A stretch of 64,000 nt of DNA from an uncultured Candidatus Rokubacteria bacterium (GTDB lineage: Bacteria > Methylomirabilota > Methylomirabilia > Rokubacteriales > CSP1-6). The notes under the pieces were generated by a model. That model did no database searches and was not told the DNA's origin. It was given only the letters and a program-made list of their open reading frames with translations. The position numbers were made by a program, and so were the translations under genes. The stretch spans positions 192,001 to 256,000 of the forward strand of contig CAWBMV010000001.1 in the NCBI GenBank assembly GCA_963789955.1, given 5' to 3'. This document shows, piece by piece, positions 1 through 11,646 of this stretch (the first letter of the stretch is position 1; each line of letters starts with the position of its first letter).

Positions 1-464
1 GGATCAGGCTGCCGAGCCCGAGCCCGCGGCGATCCCGCGCGACGTAGACGGAATCCTCGACCGTTCGTGCGAACGCCGGCTTCGGCCGGTACGGGGACAG
101 CGATCCGTAGGCGACGACGACGCCGTCACGCTCGGGGTCGTCCGAGGCGGCGCTGGCCACCACGACCGGGTAGCGCTCGGTGTGTCGCGCGAACCACTCG
201 CGCTGGGCGAGCAGGTCTCTCGGCTCGGTGTCCGTGGTCGCGTCGGTGCACCGGACCTCGTAGTTCCAGATCGCGGCGATCTGCGTGAGGTCCGCCGCGC
301 GGGCCGCGCGAACCTCGACGCGGCCGGCCGGCGCGGCGCTACGCGTGCGCGGAGACGGGCGGGGCTTCAGCGCGGCGAAGAAGCCTCCGGCGCCCCGCAT
401 CGAGCCGGGCGCGGTCCAGGCGATCCTTCGCGAGTACCTCGAGAACGTAGAAGCTCGAATCCAT
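1..464 (-). CDS. GNAT N-acetyltransferase (Pat/YncA-like), runs off the left edge; N-terminus either ATG400 or MDSSFYVLEV... at 464 joined by a frameshift
   Basis: My minus-strand translation: VEVRAARAADLTQIAAIWNYEV...ATTDTEPR...WFARH...VVAYGSLSPYRPKPAFARTVEDSVYVARDRRGLGLG (acetyl-CoA motif RGxGLG). Absent from the ORF track because it has no stop in the window. Confidence 0.85.
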
Positions 465-491
465 GCGTGACATGATGCCGAGGTTTCGTGT

Positions 492-542
492 ATCAGTAAA
501 ATCAATTGTCTTGATCATGACGATCAGGTATTTTTTGATACT
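492..542. promoter_or_regulatory. LTTR-type T-N11-A operator and divergent promoter region
   Basis: AT-rich patch with ATCAA-TTGTC-TTGAT (501-515, T502-N11-A514) and ATCA-N9-TGAT (523-539) between divergent LysR and GNAT genes. Confidence 0.65.
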
Positions 543-548
543 CCCGAC

Positions 549-1442
549 GTGAACGTCCAGCTCGCGCACCTGCAAACGCTCGCCACCGTCGCGCGCCACG
601 GGAGCTTCTCCCGGGCGGCGCGCGAGCTCCGGCTCACGCAGCCGGCCGTGAGCATGCAGGTCCGCCAGCTCGAGCAAGAGGTCGGCCTGCCGCTGCTGGA
701 GCGCGTCGGCAAGCGGACATACACGACCAAGGCCGGCGAGCTCCTCCTGGCGCACGCCGGCCGCGCGATGCGGGAGCTCGAGCGCGGCCTCGAGCTGGTC
801 CACCAGTTGCGAGGGATCGTGGCCGGCCGCATCCGGCTCGGGACGAGCGCGTCGTTCAGCATTTATCTGCTGCCGTCCGCGCTGCGCCGGTTCCGGGCGC
901 GCTACCCGCAGACCGAGCTCGTCGTCGTGACCGGGAACGCCCCGGAGATCACCCGCGCCGTCGTGGCCAACGAGCTCGATGTCGGCATCGTGAGCCTCCC
1001 GGTGCGGGAGCGCGAGCTGGTGGTGGCGGCGTTGCACCGAGACGAGCTGGTCGCGATCGGGCCGCCCGGCCGCCGGTGGCCGCGAGCCCGCGCGACGGCG
1101 GCCGAGCTCGCACGCGAGCCCATGATCTTGTTCGAGCGGGGCGCGACCTTGCGCCGCCTGATCGACACCTGGTTCCAGCGGGGTGGCGCCGCGCCGGCGC
1201 TGCCCATGGAGCTCGGCAATACGGAGGCGATCAAGAAGCTCGTGGAGTCGGGGCTGGGGCTCTCGGTGACATCGTGGTTCGCGGCCAAGGCCGACGTTCG
1301 GGCGCGGCGGCTCAGCGCGGTGAAGCTCACGCCGCCGCTATTCCGCCAGATCGGGATCGTGCTCCGGCGCGACAAGCCGAAGACGCCGGTGCTCGACGCG
1401 TTCCTGGGAACGCTCGACGACTTGCGGCGATCCCTCGCCTAG
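549..1442 (+). CDS. LysR-family transcriptional regulator (CysL/CmpR-like)
   Basis: N-terminal [27 protein letters not shown]; substrate-binding domain ...[17 protein letters not shown]. Confidence 0.95.
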   Translation: MNVQLAHLQTLATVARHGSFSRAARELRLTQPAVSMQVRQLEQEVGLPLLERVGKRTYTTKAGELLLAHAGRAMRELERGLELVHQLRGIVAGRIRLGTSASFSIYLLPSALRRFRARYPQTELVVVTGNAPEITRAVVANELDVGIVSLPVRERELVVAALHRDELVAIGPPGRRWPRARATAAELAREPMILFERGATLRRLIDTWFQRGGAAPALPMELGNTEAIKKLVESGLGLSVTSWFAAKADVRARRLSAVKLTPPLFRQIGIVLRRDKPKTPVLDAFLGTLDDLRRSLA

Positions 1443-1585
1443 CCGATCCGTCGTCTAGACGTCGCGCCGCGCGGTCACTTGGATGCGGCCGCCCGCTGGG
1501 CGATCTGCACGCAGGCGGCCATGAGGTACTTCCCGTTCGCGGGCTTGAAGATCGACGACTCGCCGCTCGATCCTCCGATGAGCCG

Positions 1586-2309
1586 TTACGAAACCGCTCG
1601 GGCCGGAACGCCGCGGAGCGCGAGGAATCGCCGGGCGAGCGCCGGCCCCGAGCCCGAGTCCTCGTGCTTGAAGAAGACGTAGGCGTCGCACCACCCGGCC
1701 GCCGACCTGATCGATCGTCGCGATCCAGCGGCGCAGATCGTCGTCGCAGTATTCCACGGCGCGGAGCCGGACGTAGCCGAAGTCGGCCGTCGCAACCGCG
1801 GGTGTCGTGCCGTCCTCGGTGTCGGCGATGCAGAGCGCGGCGTTGCGCGAGCGCAGCAGCGCGTAGACCTCGTCGTCGAACCAGCTCTCGTGCCGGAACT
1901 CGAAGGCCACCCGGAATCCGTCGGGCACGATCGGAGCACGTCGGCCGAGCCGATCGGCCGCCTTCTTGAAGTTCGGGGGGAGCTGGAAGAGCAGAGGGCC
2001 GAGCTTGTCGCCGAGGGTGCGGGCCGCATCGCAGAAGTGGCGCAGGGGCTCGTCGACGTCGAGGAGCCGGCCGAAGTGCGTGATGCGCTGGGGCGCCTTG
2101 AGCACGTACGTGAACCCGGCCGGCGCGGCGGCGCCCCAGCCTTCGACGGTCCTGGCACTCGGCATGCGATAGAACGTCGCGTTGATCTCGACGGTCGTGA
2201 AGCGCTCCACGTAGTACGCGAGCATCTTCGACGCCGGGAGCTTCTCGGGATAGAAGGTCCCCCTCCACTCCGGGTAGTTGTACCCGGACGTCCCGACGTG
2301 CGTGTTCAG
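1586..2309 (-). CDS. DUF72 (YecE-like) protein, frameshifted near the C-terminus
   Basis: [51 protein letters not shown]-terminus AYVFFKHED is in another frame ending at 1586. Probable CTG start overlapping the ald TGA. Confidence 0.85.
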
Positions 2310-3418
2310 CCGAGCACCGCCGCGAGCGGCGTCGCCGTCTCGCCGACCGATTCGGCGACGCCGGGATGCACGATCTTCCCGTGCCAGACGTTGATGCCCT
2401 TGGCCAGGAACGGATTGGCGCGCGCGGCGCCGCCGGCTCCGCGCGTCGCCAGCTCGATGACGTACGGGAGCGTGGCGTTCGTGAGCGCGAACGTCGACGT
2501 GCGCGGGACGAGCGCCGGCATGTTGGCGACGCCGTAGTGGACGACACCGCCGACGAGATAGACGGGGTCGAGCAGGGTGGTCGGATGGATGGTCGCGACG
2601 CAGCCGCCCTGATCCACCGCGATGTCCACGATCACCGAGCCTTCCTTCATCTGCGACACCATCTCCTTGGTGACGAGGACCGGGGCCCGCGCGCCGGCGA
2701 GCAGCACGGCGCCGATCAGCAGATCGGCGCGGCGGGACGCCTGCTCGATGTTGAAGCTGTTGGACATGATCGTGACCACCTGGCCGCGAAAGAGATCGTC
2801 GACGTGCCGGAGCCGGTCGACGTTGACGTCGAGGATCGAGACGTCGGCGCCGAGGCCGACGGCGGTCTTGGCGGCGTTGAGCCCGGCCGCGCCCGCGCCG
2901 AGGATCACGACGTTGCCCGGCGGCACGCCCGGAACGCCGGAAAGCAGGATGCCGCGACCCCCGTGGGCGCGGCCGAGATAGAAGGCGCCTTCCTGAACCG
3001 AAAGGCGTCCGGCCACCTCGCTCATCGGCGTCAGCAGCGGCAGGCTCCCGTCGGCGCGCTGGACGGTCTCGTAGGCGATCGCGATAGCGCCCGAGTCACG
3101 CAGGCCGCGGGTGAGCTCCGGCGCCGGCGCCAGATGCAGATACGTGAACAGCACTTGCCCCGGGCGGAGCCGGGCGACCTCGGGCGTGAGCGGCTCCTTG
3201 ACCTTCAGCACGAGCTCGGCGCGCCGCCAGACGTCGTCGACCGGGGCGAGCTCGGCGCCGACCGCCGTGTATTCCTCGTCGCGGATGCCGCTCCCGGCGC
3301 CGGCGCCGCGCTCGACGACCACGCCATGCGCGGCCTCGACCAGCGCTCGCGCGCCGGCCGGAGTCAGCGCCACGCGCTGCTCGCCCGGCTTGATCTCGCG
3401 TGGGACCCCGATGATCAT
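2306..3418 (-). CDS. ald: Alanine dehydrogenase
   Basis: [54 protein letters not shown]. Confidence 0.97.
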   Translation of the reverse strand: MIIGVPREIKPGEQRVALTPAGARALVEAAHGVVVERGAGAGSGIRDEEYTAVGAELAPVDDVWRRAELVLKVKEPLTPEVARLRPGQVLFTYLHLAPAPELTRGLRDSGAIAIAYETVQRADGSLPLLTPMSEVAGRLSVQEGAFYLGRAHGGRGILLSGVPGVPPGNVVILGAGAAGLNAAKTAVGLGADVSILDVNVDRLRHVDDLFRGQVVTIMSNSFNIEQASRRADLLIGAVLLAGARAPVLVTKEMVSQMKEGSVIVDIAVDQGGCVATIHPTTLLDPVYLVGGVVHYGVANMPALVPRTSTFALTNATLPYVIELATRGAGGAARANPFLAKGINVWHGKIVHPGVAESVGETATPLAAVLG

Positions 3419-3460
3419 GGTGCCTCCTTCGCCGCGGCCCGATGTGAGCCGAGGAAATCG

Positions 3461-4303
3461 CTACCTCACGTATAACAGGAAAAACCGCGCGAGGCTCGCC
3501 TCGAACCCGCGCGGCAGCTCGCCGTGGCGACCATGATCCAGGAACATGAACTCGCTCCGCGTATTGCCGGCGAGCGCGCGCCGGATACGCTCGGCGTGCT
3601 CGAAGGGGATCTGCTCGTCCTCACGGCTCGCCACGAGCAACACCGGGACCGAGAGCGCCGACGCCGCGCGCTCGGGTGAGATCGCGGTGATGTCGGAGCG
3701 GAAGAACACGAAGGACCAGCCGCGCAGGAGCGCCACGAAGGGATATTTCAGCCACCCGAGCCAGCCGTAGAGCTCGTAGCCGAGCGAGCGCAGGTCTGCG
3801 AACGGCGCGTACGCGGCCACGGCGCGGATACGCGGATCGTCGGCGGCGGCGAGGAGCGCGACCGCCCCGCCCAGCGAGAAGCCGAAGACGCCGACCTCGT
3901 TGAACCCACGGGCGACGAGCACGTCGATCGCGCGGCGGAGATCGCCGCGCTCGCGGAAGCCGATCGTGGTCGCCCGCCCGCCGCTCTGCCCGAAGTAGCG
4001 CTGGTCGAGCAGGAGGACGGTGAAGCGCGGCGCCAGCGCCGCGGCGATCGGCAGCAGGTCGGCCTTCTCGGAGGGGTAGCCGTGGAGCAGCACGATCGCC
4101 GGCGCGCCCGCGCGGGGCAGGAGCCACGCGGCGAGCGGCACGCCGTCGTCGGCCGTGATCGTCACATTCTCGACCGTCAGCCCGACGTCGCCGGGGGTGA
4201 GCGGAACGGCGAGGCGCGGCGGCCGGACGGCGAGCCAGAAGCTCACGAGGCTCAGCACCACGACCGCGCCGGCGAAGACCGCGAGGTAAACGACGAGCTT
4301 CAC
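3461..4303 (-). CDS. Membrane-anchored alpha/beta hydrolase
   Basis: N-terminal TM, LLHGY, GFSLGG nucleophile elbow, D and H catalytic positions; C-terminal part of the chimeric 1205-aa ORF. Confidence 0.88.
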   Translation of the reverse strand: MKLVVYLAVFAGAVVVLSLVSFWLAVRPPRLAVPLTPGDVGLTVENVTITADDGVPLAAWLLPRAGAPAIVLLHGYPSEKADLLPIAAALAPRFTVLLLDQRYFGQSGGRATTIGFRERGDLRRAIDVLVARGFNEVGVFGFSLGGAVALLAAADDPRIRAVAAYAPFADLRSLGYELYGWLGWLKYPFVALLRGWSFVFFRSDITAISPERAASALSVPVLLVASREDEQIPFEHAERIRRALAGNTRSEFMFLDHGRHGELPRGFEASLARFFLLYVR

Positions 4304-4327
4304 CGTATGATAGTCGGCGTTCGCGCG

Positions 4328-5209
4328 ATGATCGACAACACGACGCTCGGAGCCCTCGCCGCCCTGGGCTCGGCGGTGGCGTGGGCGGTGACCAGTCTCC
4401 TGGCGCGCTCCCTCATGTCCGAGCTGGGATCGGTCGGTGTCAACGCCATTCGCTCGACCATCGGCGGGACGCTCCTCGTCGCCTGGGTGTTCGCGACCGT
4501 CGGTACCGGCGCCTTCACGACGATCTCGGCCGGCGCGTGGCTGTTGCTCGGTCTCTCGATCATCACGGCGATCGCGCTCGGCGACACCGTGTTCTTCGAG
4601 AGCACGCGCTTCATCGGCGTCGGCCGGGCGATGACGATCTCGACGACCTATCCGCTGGGAGCCGCCGTGATCGCCGCGGTGTTCCTGAACGAGCCGGTCA
4701 CGGTGCCCGTCGCGGCCGGCACGCTCGTCACGATGGCCGGCCTCGTCCTCATCGTGGCGCCGTGGGCCGAGCGCGCGCCGGAGGAGCGCTTCTGGTTCGG
4801 CGTCGGCGCCGCCGCGCTCGCGTCGCTCGCCTGGGCGGTCTCGACCGTCCTCGTGAAGCCGCCGCTGTCCGAGATGGGGCCGGTGACCGCGCAGGCGATC
4901 CGGCTGCCGGTCGCCTCGATGGTGCTCTGGCTGACGCCGTGGGCCCGCTCGGCCCCCCGCGCGCTCCGCATGAGCAGTCGCGCCGTGCAAATCCGCATCG
5001 TCATCCTGGGCGCGATCACGTCGGTGAGCTCGGTCATGTTCGTCGCCGGCGTCAAGCACGCCGGCGTCGCCGTCGCCTCCGTCCTCTCGTCGACCGCCCC
5101 CATGTTCGCGATTCCCCTCGCCGTCATCTTCCTCGACGAGCGCCTCACCCTCCGCGCCCTCGCCGGCATCACCCTGACCCTCGCCGGCATCGTCCTCCTC
5201 CAGCTCTAA
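4328..5209 (+). CDS. DMT/EamA family transporter
   Basis: About 10 TM helices in two EamA repeats (AAVFLNEPV; VIFLDERL). Confidence 0.92.
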   Translation: MIDNTTLGALAALGSAVAWAVTSLLARSLMSELGSVGVNAIRSTIGGTLLVAWVFATVGTGAFTTISAGAWLLLGLSIITAIALGDTVFFESTRFIGVGRAMTISTTYPLGAAVIAAVFLNEPVTVPVAAGTLVTMAGLVLIVAPWAERAPEERFWFGVGAAALASLAWAVSTVLVKPPLSEMGPVTAQAIRLPVASMVLWLTPWARSAPRALRMSSRAVQIRIVILGAITSVSSVMFVAGVKHAGVAVASVLSSTAPMFAIPLAVIFLDERLTLRALAGITLTLAGIVLLQL

Positions 5210-5322
5210 GAACCTTCCGAAGTCCCGAGCCCCCGAAAGCAGCGACCCCGTCGGCAGCCGTACTTCCAACCCGATCGCGATGGACGAGTGTCTACGACGG
5301 TCGAGGGGCGCCGCCAAGGGGA

Positions 5323-5481
5323 GCATGCCGGGCGGGCGCGTGAGGGGAGGGGTTGCGGGACCCGTTCCCTCCAAGCAACCGCGGACGAGGCGCGCCCAGA
5401 TGGAGCCCAGCCACCCCGGAGCAGCGGACGCGTGCCGCGTGGTACCCGCAACCCCTCCCCTCACGCGCCCGCCCGGCATGC
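5323..5481. repeat. 159-bp element with perfect 37-bp terminal inverted repeats (MITE/REP-like)
   Basis: GCATGCCGGGCGGGCGCGTGAGGGGAGGGGTTGCGGG at 5323-5359 and its exact reverse complement at 5445-5481, between convergent genes. Confidence 0.85.
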
Positions 5482-5486
5482 GTGCG

Positions 5487-7078
5487 CTAGGCGGAGAAGT
5501 CCGTCGACCGGAAGACGACCCGCCGCCGACGAGCGTCAGAGTGGGCGTGATGTCCTTGATCCGAGCTTCGGCGCACGTGAAGACATCGTCGGAGAGCACG
5601 ACGAGATCGGCATGCTTGCCGGGCTCGAGCGTGCCAAGCGAATCCTCCTGCCGCGACGCGTACGCGTTCCAGCTCGTGAACGAGCGAATCGCTTCCTCGC
5701 GCGTCATGCGCTGCTCGGGCTGCCAGCCTCGATCCTCGCCGCTGCGAGGCCGCCTCGCGACGGCGGCGTAGAGGCCGTGAAACGGGCTCGGGCTCTCGAC
5801 CGGGAAGTCGGAGCCGCCCGCGATGATGACGCCGGTCGCGAGCAGGGAGCGCCAGGCGTACGCGCCGCGGAGCCGGTCCGGACCGAGCCGCTCGGCCGCC
5901 CATTCCATGTCGGAGGTGCAGTGGGTCGCCTGCATGCTCGGCAGGGCGCCGAGCCGGTGAAAGCGCGGGATATCGCGCTCGGTCAGAATCTGGGCGTGCT
6001 CGACGCGAAAGCGATGATCCGGCCACGGGCCGCGCGCGAGTGCTGCTTCGAGCGCGTCCAGGGTCAGCGTGTTCGCGCGATCGCCGATCGCGTGCACGCA
6101 AACCTGGAAGCCGAGCGCGGCCGCCTCGAGCGTGAGGCGCGTGATCTCGTCGGGCGGGATCAGCACGAGCCCGGTATTGCCGGGATCGTCGCAGTACGCG
6201 TCGTGCAGCGCGGCGCCGCGCGAGCCGAGCGCGCCGTCGGCCATCAGCTTCAGCGCGCCCACCACGACACGGCCGTCGCCGAAGGTCTCGGGGCCATTTT
6301 CTCGGTAGACCGCCCACGTCGACTCCGAGCGCGCCGCGACCGCCACGTAGTTGCGGAACGGAAACCGTCCGCGCTCGACGAGCCGGCGGTACGAGGCAAG
6401 GGCGTAGAGCTCGGCGCCCATCTCGTGGATGCCGGTGAGCCCCGCGGCCAGGCACTCGTCGATCGCCTCGCCGACGGCCTGGTCGAAGCGCTCGGACGAC
6501 GGCCGCGGCTCCGCGCGCTGGATCAGCCGCTGGGCCGTGTCGACGAGCACGCCGGTGGGCTCGCCGCGCTCATCCTTGAGGATCCGCCCGCCCGTCGGCT
6601 CGGACGTCGCGCGGTCGATCCCGGCGGCGGCGAGCGCGGCCGAGTTCGCCCAGGTCGCGTGGCCGTCGATGCGGGTGAGCGCCACCGGATGATCGGGCGC
6701 CGCGCGGTCGAGCGATGCCCTGGTCGGCCACTGACGCTCCGGCCAGCGGTTGTGGTCCCAGCCGCGGCCGCCGAGCCATTCGCCGCGCGGAGTCTTCGCG
6801 GCGCGAGCCGCCACGCGCTCGGCGACCTCGGCCTCCGACCGCGCTCCGCCGGCGTCGAGGGTGAGCCGGCCGCGCGCCAGGTGCATCAGATGGCCGTGCG
6901 CGTCGACGAGACCGGGGACCACGGCCCGCCCGCCGAGGTCGATGACGGGCTCGGCCGCCGAGACATTCACGTCGGCACGCCGTCCGGCGAATGCCACGCG
7001 GCCGTCGCGCACGACCAGCGTGTCGACGACGGTGTTCCAGGCATCCATCAGATAGATCCGGCCGTTGGTCAGCAGCAT
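5487..7078 (-). CDS. Amidohydrolase 3 family (YtcJ-like), frameshift ~5520
   Basis: PGLVDAHGH, HAIGDRA, RVEHAQ, GSDFPVE, GTLEPGKHADLVVL; true end VVFRSTDFSA* is in an adjacent frame. Confidence 0.92.
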
Positions 7079-7108
7079 GGATGCCGAATCGGCTGGATTC
7101 GGGTCGGG

Positions 7109-8908
7109 CTAGAAGCGACGACGACCGCGGAGAGCCCGTTTGCGGAGACGGAGAGACTTGGGCGTGACCTCGAGCAGCTCGTCCTCGCGAATCCACTCCA
7201 GGCACTGCTCCAGGTTCATGACCCGCGGCGGCGTGATCTTCGCGGCGTCGTCGGCCGTCGACGCGCGCATGTTCGTGAGCTTCTTTTCCTTGGTGATGTT
7301 CACGTCCATGTCGCTGTCGCGCGCGTTCTCGCCGACGATCATGCCCTCGTAGACCTCGAGGCCGGGCGAGATGAACATGACGCCGCGCGCCTGGAGGTTG
7401 TCGATCGCGTAGGCGGTCGCGCGCCCCCCGCGGTCGGCGACCAGGGCGCCGCTCTGGCGGTGGGCGATGTCGCCCTGCCAGCCGTCCCAGCCGTCGAACA
7501 GATGATTGAGGAGCCCGGTGCCGCGCGTATCGGTGAGGAACTCGGTGCGATAGCCGATCAGGCCGCGGGCCGGAATCCGGTACTCGAGCCGCACGCGGCC
7601 CGTGCCGTGATTCACCATCTTGGCCATCGCGCCGCGGCGCGGTCCGATCTTCTGGGTGACCGCGCCGATGTGCTCCTCGGGAATGTCGATGACGAGGTAC
7701 TCCATCGGCTCGAGCGTCTGGCCGGCCTCGGTCCGCGTGATGATCGTCGGCTTGCCGACCTCGAGCTCGTAGCCTTCGCGCCGCATCATCTCGATCAGGA
7801 TCGCGAGCTGGAGCTCCCCGCGCCCCGACACCCGAAACGTATCGGGCGAGTCGGTCTCCTCGACGCGGATGCCGACGTTGACCCGCCGCTCCCGCATGAG
7901 ACGGTCGCGCAGCTGGGGCGAGGTGACGAAGCGCCCCTCCTTGCCCGCCATCGGCGACACGTTCGCCGAGAACAGCATCGAGACCGTCGGCTCGTCGATG
8001 CGGATGAGCGGCAGCGCCTGGGGCGACTCGGCGTCGGCGACCGTCTCGCCGATCTCGATCGAGTCGATGCCGGCGATCGCGACCAGATCGCCCGCGCGCG
8101 CCTCGTCGATCTCGATGCGCTTGAGCCCCTCGTAGCCGTAGAGGACGGTGACCTTCGCGAGCTCGACGGCGCCGCCCCGATGCACGACGGCGACCTTCTC
8201 GGCCTGGCGGACCTTGCCGTTGAAGATGCGGCCGATCACGAGCCGGCCGACGTAGTCGTCCCAATCGAGCATCGCCCCGCGGAACTGGAGGCCCACGGCA
8301 GGGTCGAAGCGGGGCGCCGGGACCGTCGACAGGATCGCCTCGAAGAGCGGTTCGAGCGAAAGCCCGGGCTCGGTCAGCTTGAGGGTGGCCGTGCCCGTCC
8401 GGGCGTTGGTATAGAGCACGGGAAACTCGAGCTGGTCTTCCGTCGCCTCGAGGTCGATGAACAGGTCGTAGATCTCGTCGAGCACCTCGGCCGCCCGCGC
8501 GTCGCTCCGATCGATCTTGTTGATGACGACGATCGGCGGCAGGCTCGCCTCGAGCGCCTTTTTCAGAACGAAGCGCGTCTGGGGCAGCGGGCCCTCGGCG
8601 GCGTCGACCAGGAGCAGCACGCCGTCCACGAGGGTCAAGGTCCGCTCGACCTCGGAGCCGAAATCGGCGTGGCCCGGGGTGTCGACGATGTTGATGTGGA
8701 CACCCTTGTAGGCAATGGCCGTGTTCTTGGCCATGATCGTGATGCCCTTTTCGCGCTCGAGGTCGATCGAGTCCATGATGCGCTCGGGTACCGACTCGTT
8801 CTGGCGAAAGAGGCCCGATTGCCAGAGCATCGCGTCGACCAGGGTGGTCTTGCCGTGGTCGACGTGAGCGATGATCGCGATGTTTCGAACGTCTTCTCGC
8901 TGCTGCAT
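7109..8908 (-). CDS. typA: Translational GTPase TypA/BipA
   Basis: [48 protein letters not shown]. Confidence 0.98.
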   Translation of the reverse strand: MQQREDVRNIAIIAHVDHGKTTLVDAMLWQSGLFRQNESVPERIMDSIDLEREKGITIMAKNTAIAYKGVHINIVDTPGHADFGSEVERTLTLVDGVLLLVDAAEGPLPQTRFVLKKALEASLPPIVVINKIDRSDARAAEVLDEIYDLFIDLEATEDQLEFPVLYTNARTGTATLKLTEPGLSLEPLFEAILSTVPAPRFDPAVGLQFRGAMLDWDDYVGRLVIGRIFNGKVRQAEKVAVVHRGGAVELAKVTVLYGYEGLKRIEIDEARAGDLVAIAGIDSIEIGETVADAESPQALPLIRIDEPTVSMLFSANVSPMAGKEGRFVTSPQLRDRLMRERRVNVGIRVEETDSPDTFRVSGRGELQLAILIEMMRREGYELEVGKPTIITRTEAGQTLEPMEYLVIDIPEEHIGAVTQKIGPRRGAMAKMVNHGTGRVRLEYRIPARGLIGYRTEFLTDTRGTGLLNHLFDGWDGWQGDIAHRQSGALVADRGGRATAYAIDNLQARGVMFISPGLEVYEGMIVGENARDSDMDVNITKEKKLTNMRASTADDAAKITPPRVMNLEQCLEWIREDELLEVTPKSLRLRKRALRGRRRF

Positions 8909-9058
8909 CGGTCCATCGTATCACGGCGGAACCACGACCCCGGCCGTCCGAGCATGTATAATGACGCTCTCGAACATGATTTTGAGGTGCGCCTCGACCG
9001 GCGGGGCTTCGGCCCCCGCGATGGCCTCAGCGCACGCCGCCGTCGGAGGTCGTCCCTC

Positions 9059-9592
9059 ATGAATCGTCTGCTCGTCCTCGCGGTGACCCTCCTGGTCGTT
9101 GCCCCGGCGTTCGCCCAGGACAAGCCGGCCGCCAAGTCACCGACCGCGGTGATCACCCTCGAGAAGGGCGGCCAGATCACGCTCGAGTTCTTCCCCGCCG
9201 ACGCGCCGAAGCACGTCGAGAACTTTCTCAAGCTCGCGCGGGCGGGGTTCTACGACGGTCAGCGGTTCCATCGCGTCGTGCCGGGATTCGTCGTCCAGCT
9301 CGGTGACCCGCAGTCGAAGACGCTCCCGATGGATCACCCGGACATGGGCACCGGGGGACCGGGTTACACGATCAACGCGGAGTTCAACAAGCGGAAGTTC
9401 GAGCGCGGCATGCTCGGGATGGCGCGCAAGAACGATCCCAACTCGGCGGGCAGCCAGTTCTACATCATGCTCGGGCCCGCCGACCACCTGAACGGGCAGT
9501 ACACCGCCTTCGGACGAGTCGTCAGCGGCATGGAGGTCGTCGACACCATCAAGGTGGGCGATCGCGTGAAGTCGATCAAAGTCAGCTCCTGA
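9059..9592 (+). CDS. Cyclophilin-type peptidyl-prolyl isomerase with signal peptide
   Basis: Signal MNRLLVLAVTLLVVAPAFA; FYDGQRFHRVVPGFVVQLGDP, SAGSQFYI, HLNGQYTAFG. Confidence 0.93.
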   Translation: MNRLLVLAVTLLVVAPAFAQDKPAAKSPTAVITLEKGGQITLEFFPADAPKHVENFLKLARAGFYDGQRFHRVVPGFVVQLGDPQSKTLPMDHPDMGTGGPGYTINAEFNKRKFERGMLGMARKNDPNSAGSQFYIMLGPADHLNGQYTAFGRVVSGMEVVDTIKVGDRVKSIKVSS

Positions 9593-9608
9593 TCAGAAAG
9601 GAAACCTC

Positions 9609-10043
9609 GTGAAGCAGACCGGTGTCATCACGCTCGAGAAGGGCGGCGAGATTCGGCTCGAATTCTTCCCGGAAGACGCGCCGAAGACCGTCGAGAACTT
9701 CGTCACGCTCGCCAAGAAGGGCTTCTACAACGGACTCAACTTCCACCGGGTCGTTCCCGACTTCGTGGTGCAGGGCGGCTGCCCGAAGGGCAACGGCACC
9801 GGCGGGCCGGGCTACACCGTCAAGGCGGAGTTCAACAAGCAGAAGCACGTGCGTGGGACCCTGGCGATGGCGCGCAGTCAGGACCCCGACTCGGCGGGGA
9901 GCCAGTTCTACATCTGCTACGGGAACACGCCGCACCTCGACGGCCAGTACACCGTCTTCGGCAAGGTCGTGTCCGGCATGGAGCTCGTCGACCGCATCAA
10001 GCAGGGCGACAAGATGACGTCGGTCACGATCGCGGAAGAGTAG
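9609..10043 (+). CDS. Cyclophilin-type peptidyl-prolyl isomerase (cytoplasmic)
   Basis: FYNGLNFHRVVPDFVVQGGCP, SAGSQFYI, HLDGQYTVFG. Confidence 0.95.
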   Translation: MKQTGVITLEKGGEIRLEFFPEDAPKTVENFVTLAKKGFYNGLNFHRVVPDFVVQGGCPKGNGTGGPGYTVKAEFNKQKHVRGTLAMARSQDPDSAGSQFYICYGNTPHLDGQYTVFGKVVSGMELVDRIKQGDKMTSVTIAEE

Positions 10044-10046
10044 CCG

Positions 10047-11646
10047 TTGGCCTGGTCGCTCCTCATTCGTAACGGCTCCGTCATCGACGGGAGCGGCGCG
10101 CCCGCGCGCCCCGCCGACGTCGCGCTCGACGGCGATCGGATCGCCGCGATCGGTCCCCGCCTGGCCGGCGAGGCCACCCGGGTGATCGACGCCGCCGGCC
10201 ACGTGGTGGCGCCGGGCTTCATCGACATGCACTCGCACTCCGACCTCTTCTATTTCGCCTGCCCGTCGGCGGAATCCAAGGTGCGCCAGGGCGTGACGAC
10301 CGAGGTCGTCGGGATGTGCTCCTTCTCGCAGGCCCCGCTCCGGAGCCGACCAGCGCGAGATCGTCCGGGGCTGGGCGGGCGGCATCGGCGCGAGCCTCGA
10401 TTTCCGCTGGGAGTCGTTCGCGCAATATCTCGACGCCCTGCGCGCGATCCGCCCCTCGGTCAACATCGCGCACTTCGTCGGCCACGGCGCGCTCCGCATC
10501 GCGGCGATGGGGTTCGAGGCGCGGCCGGCCGGCGCCGACGATCTCCGCGGCATGCAGCGGCTGCTCGGCGAGGCGATGGACGCCGGTGCCTTCGGCTTCT
10601 CCACGGGCCTCGTCTACGCGCCGAGCGCCTACTCCGACACCGCCGAGCTGATCGCCCTGGCCAAGGCCATGGCGCCGCGCGGCGGGTACTACTTCTCGCA
10701 CATCCGTGGCGAGTCCTCGATGCTGCTCGACTCGATCAACGAGGCGATCCGCATCGGCGAAGAGGCGGGGGTCGGCGTGCAGGTCTCGCACGTGAAGGCC
10801 TCCGGCCGCGAGAACTGGCCGAAGATCGACGCCGCGTTGCGGCTCTTCGAGTCGGCCCGGGCGCGCGGCGTCGACGCGTTCGGCGACGTCTATCCGTACA
10901 ACGCCGGCAGCACCAAGCTCGACAACATGATGCCGGCGTGGGCCCACGACGGCGGTCTCGCGAAGCTGCTCGAGCGGCTGGCCGACCGCGCGACGCGGCG
11001 CCGCATCGTCGAGGAATGCCTCATCGACGGCGAGCGCTGGGGCACCGTCTCGCAGGGCGGCATCGGCTTCGATCAGGTCTTCATCGCCACCTGCCGGCGG
11101 CGCGAGCTCGAGGGGCTGAACCTCGCCCAGATCGCGCGGCAGTCCGGGATGGCGCCGGCCGAGACCTTGATGAACCTGCTGCTCGAGGAGAAGTGCACCG
11201 TCGGCATGGTGAGCTTCTCGCAGAGCATCGAGAACGTCGCCAAGGTGCTGGCGCATCCTCTCCTGATGATCGGCTCCGACTCGATCCCGCTCTACTCGGG
11301 AGACGGGGATCGCCCGGGCAAGCCGCATCCGCGCACCTACGGCACGTTCCCGCGCGTGCTCGGCGAATACGCGCGCGAGCAGAAGCTGTTCCCGCTGGAG
11401 ACGGCCGTCCACAAGATGACCGGGATGTGCGCGGCGCGACTGCGCCTGCGCGATCGGGGCCTCGTGCGCGAGGGATACGCCGGCGATCTGACGATCTTCG
11501 ATCCTCACGTCGTGCGTGACGAGTCGACGTTCGCCGAACCGCACCGCTATCCGATCGGCATCCCCTACGTCGTCGTCAACGGCGCGGTTGTCGTCGACGG
11601 CGGACGCATGAACCCGCTCGGCACGGGGCGCGTCCTCACGCCGTGA
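10047..11646 (+). CDS. N-acyl-D-amino-acid deacylase (D-aminoacylase), frameshift ~10345
   Basis: PGFIDMHSHSD, GVTTEVVGMC, GFSTGLVYAP, PHPRTYGTFPRVLG split across two frames. Confidence 0.9.

Noticed and set aside
3461..7078. 1205-aa amidohydrolase-hydrolase fusion ORF
   Set aside because: A frameshift at ~5520 reads through the repeat and the antisense strand of the EamA gene; artefact
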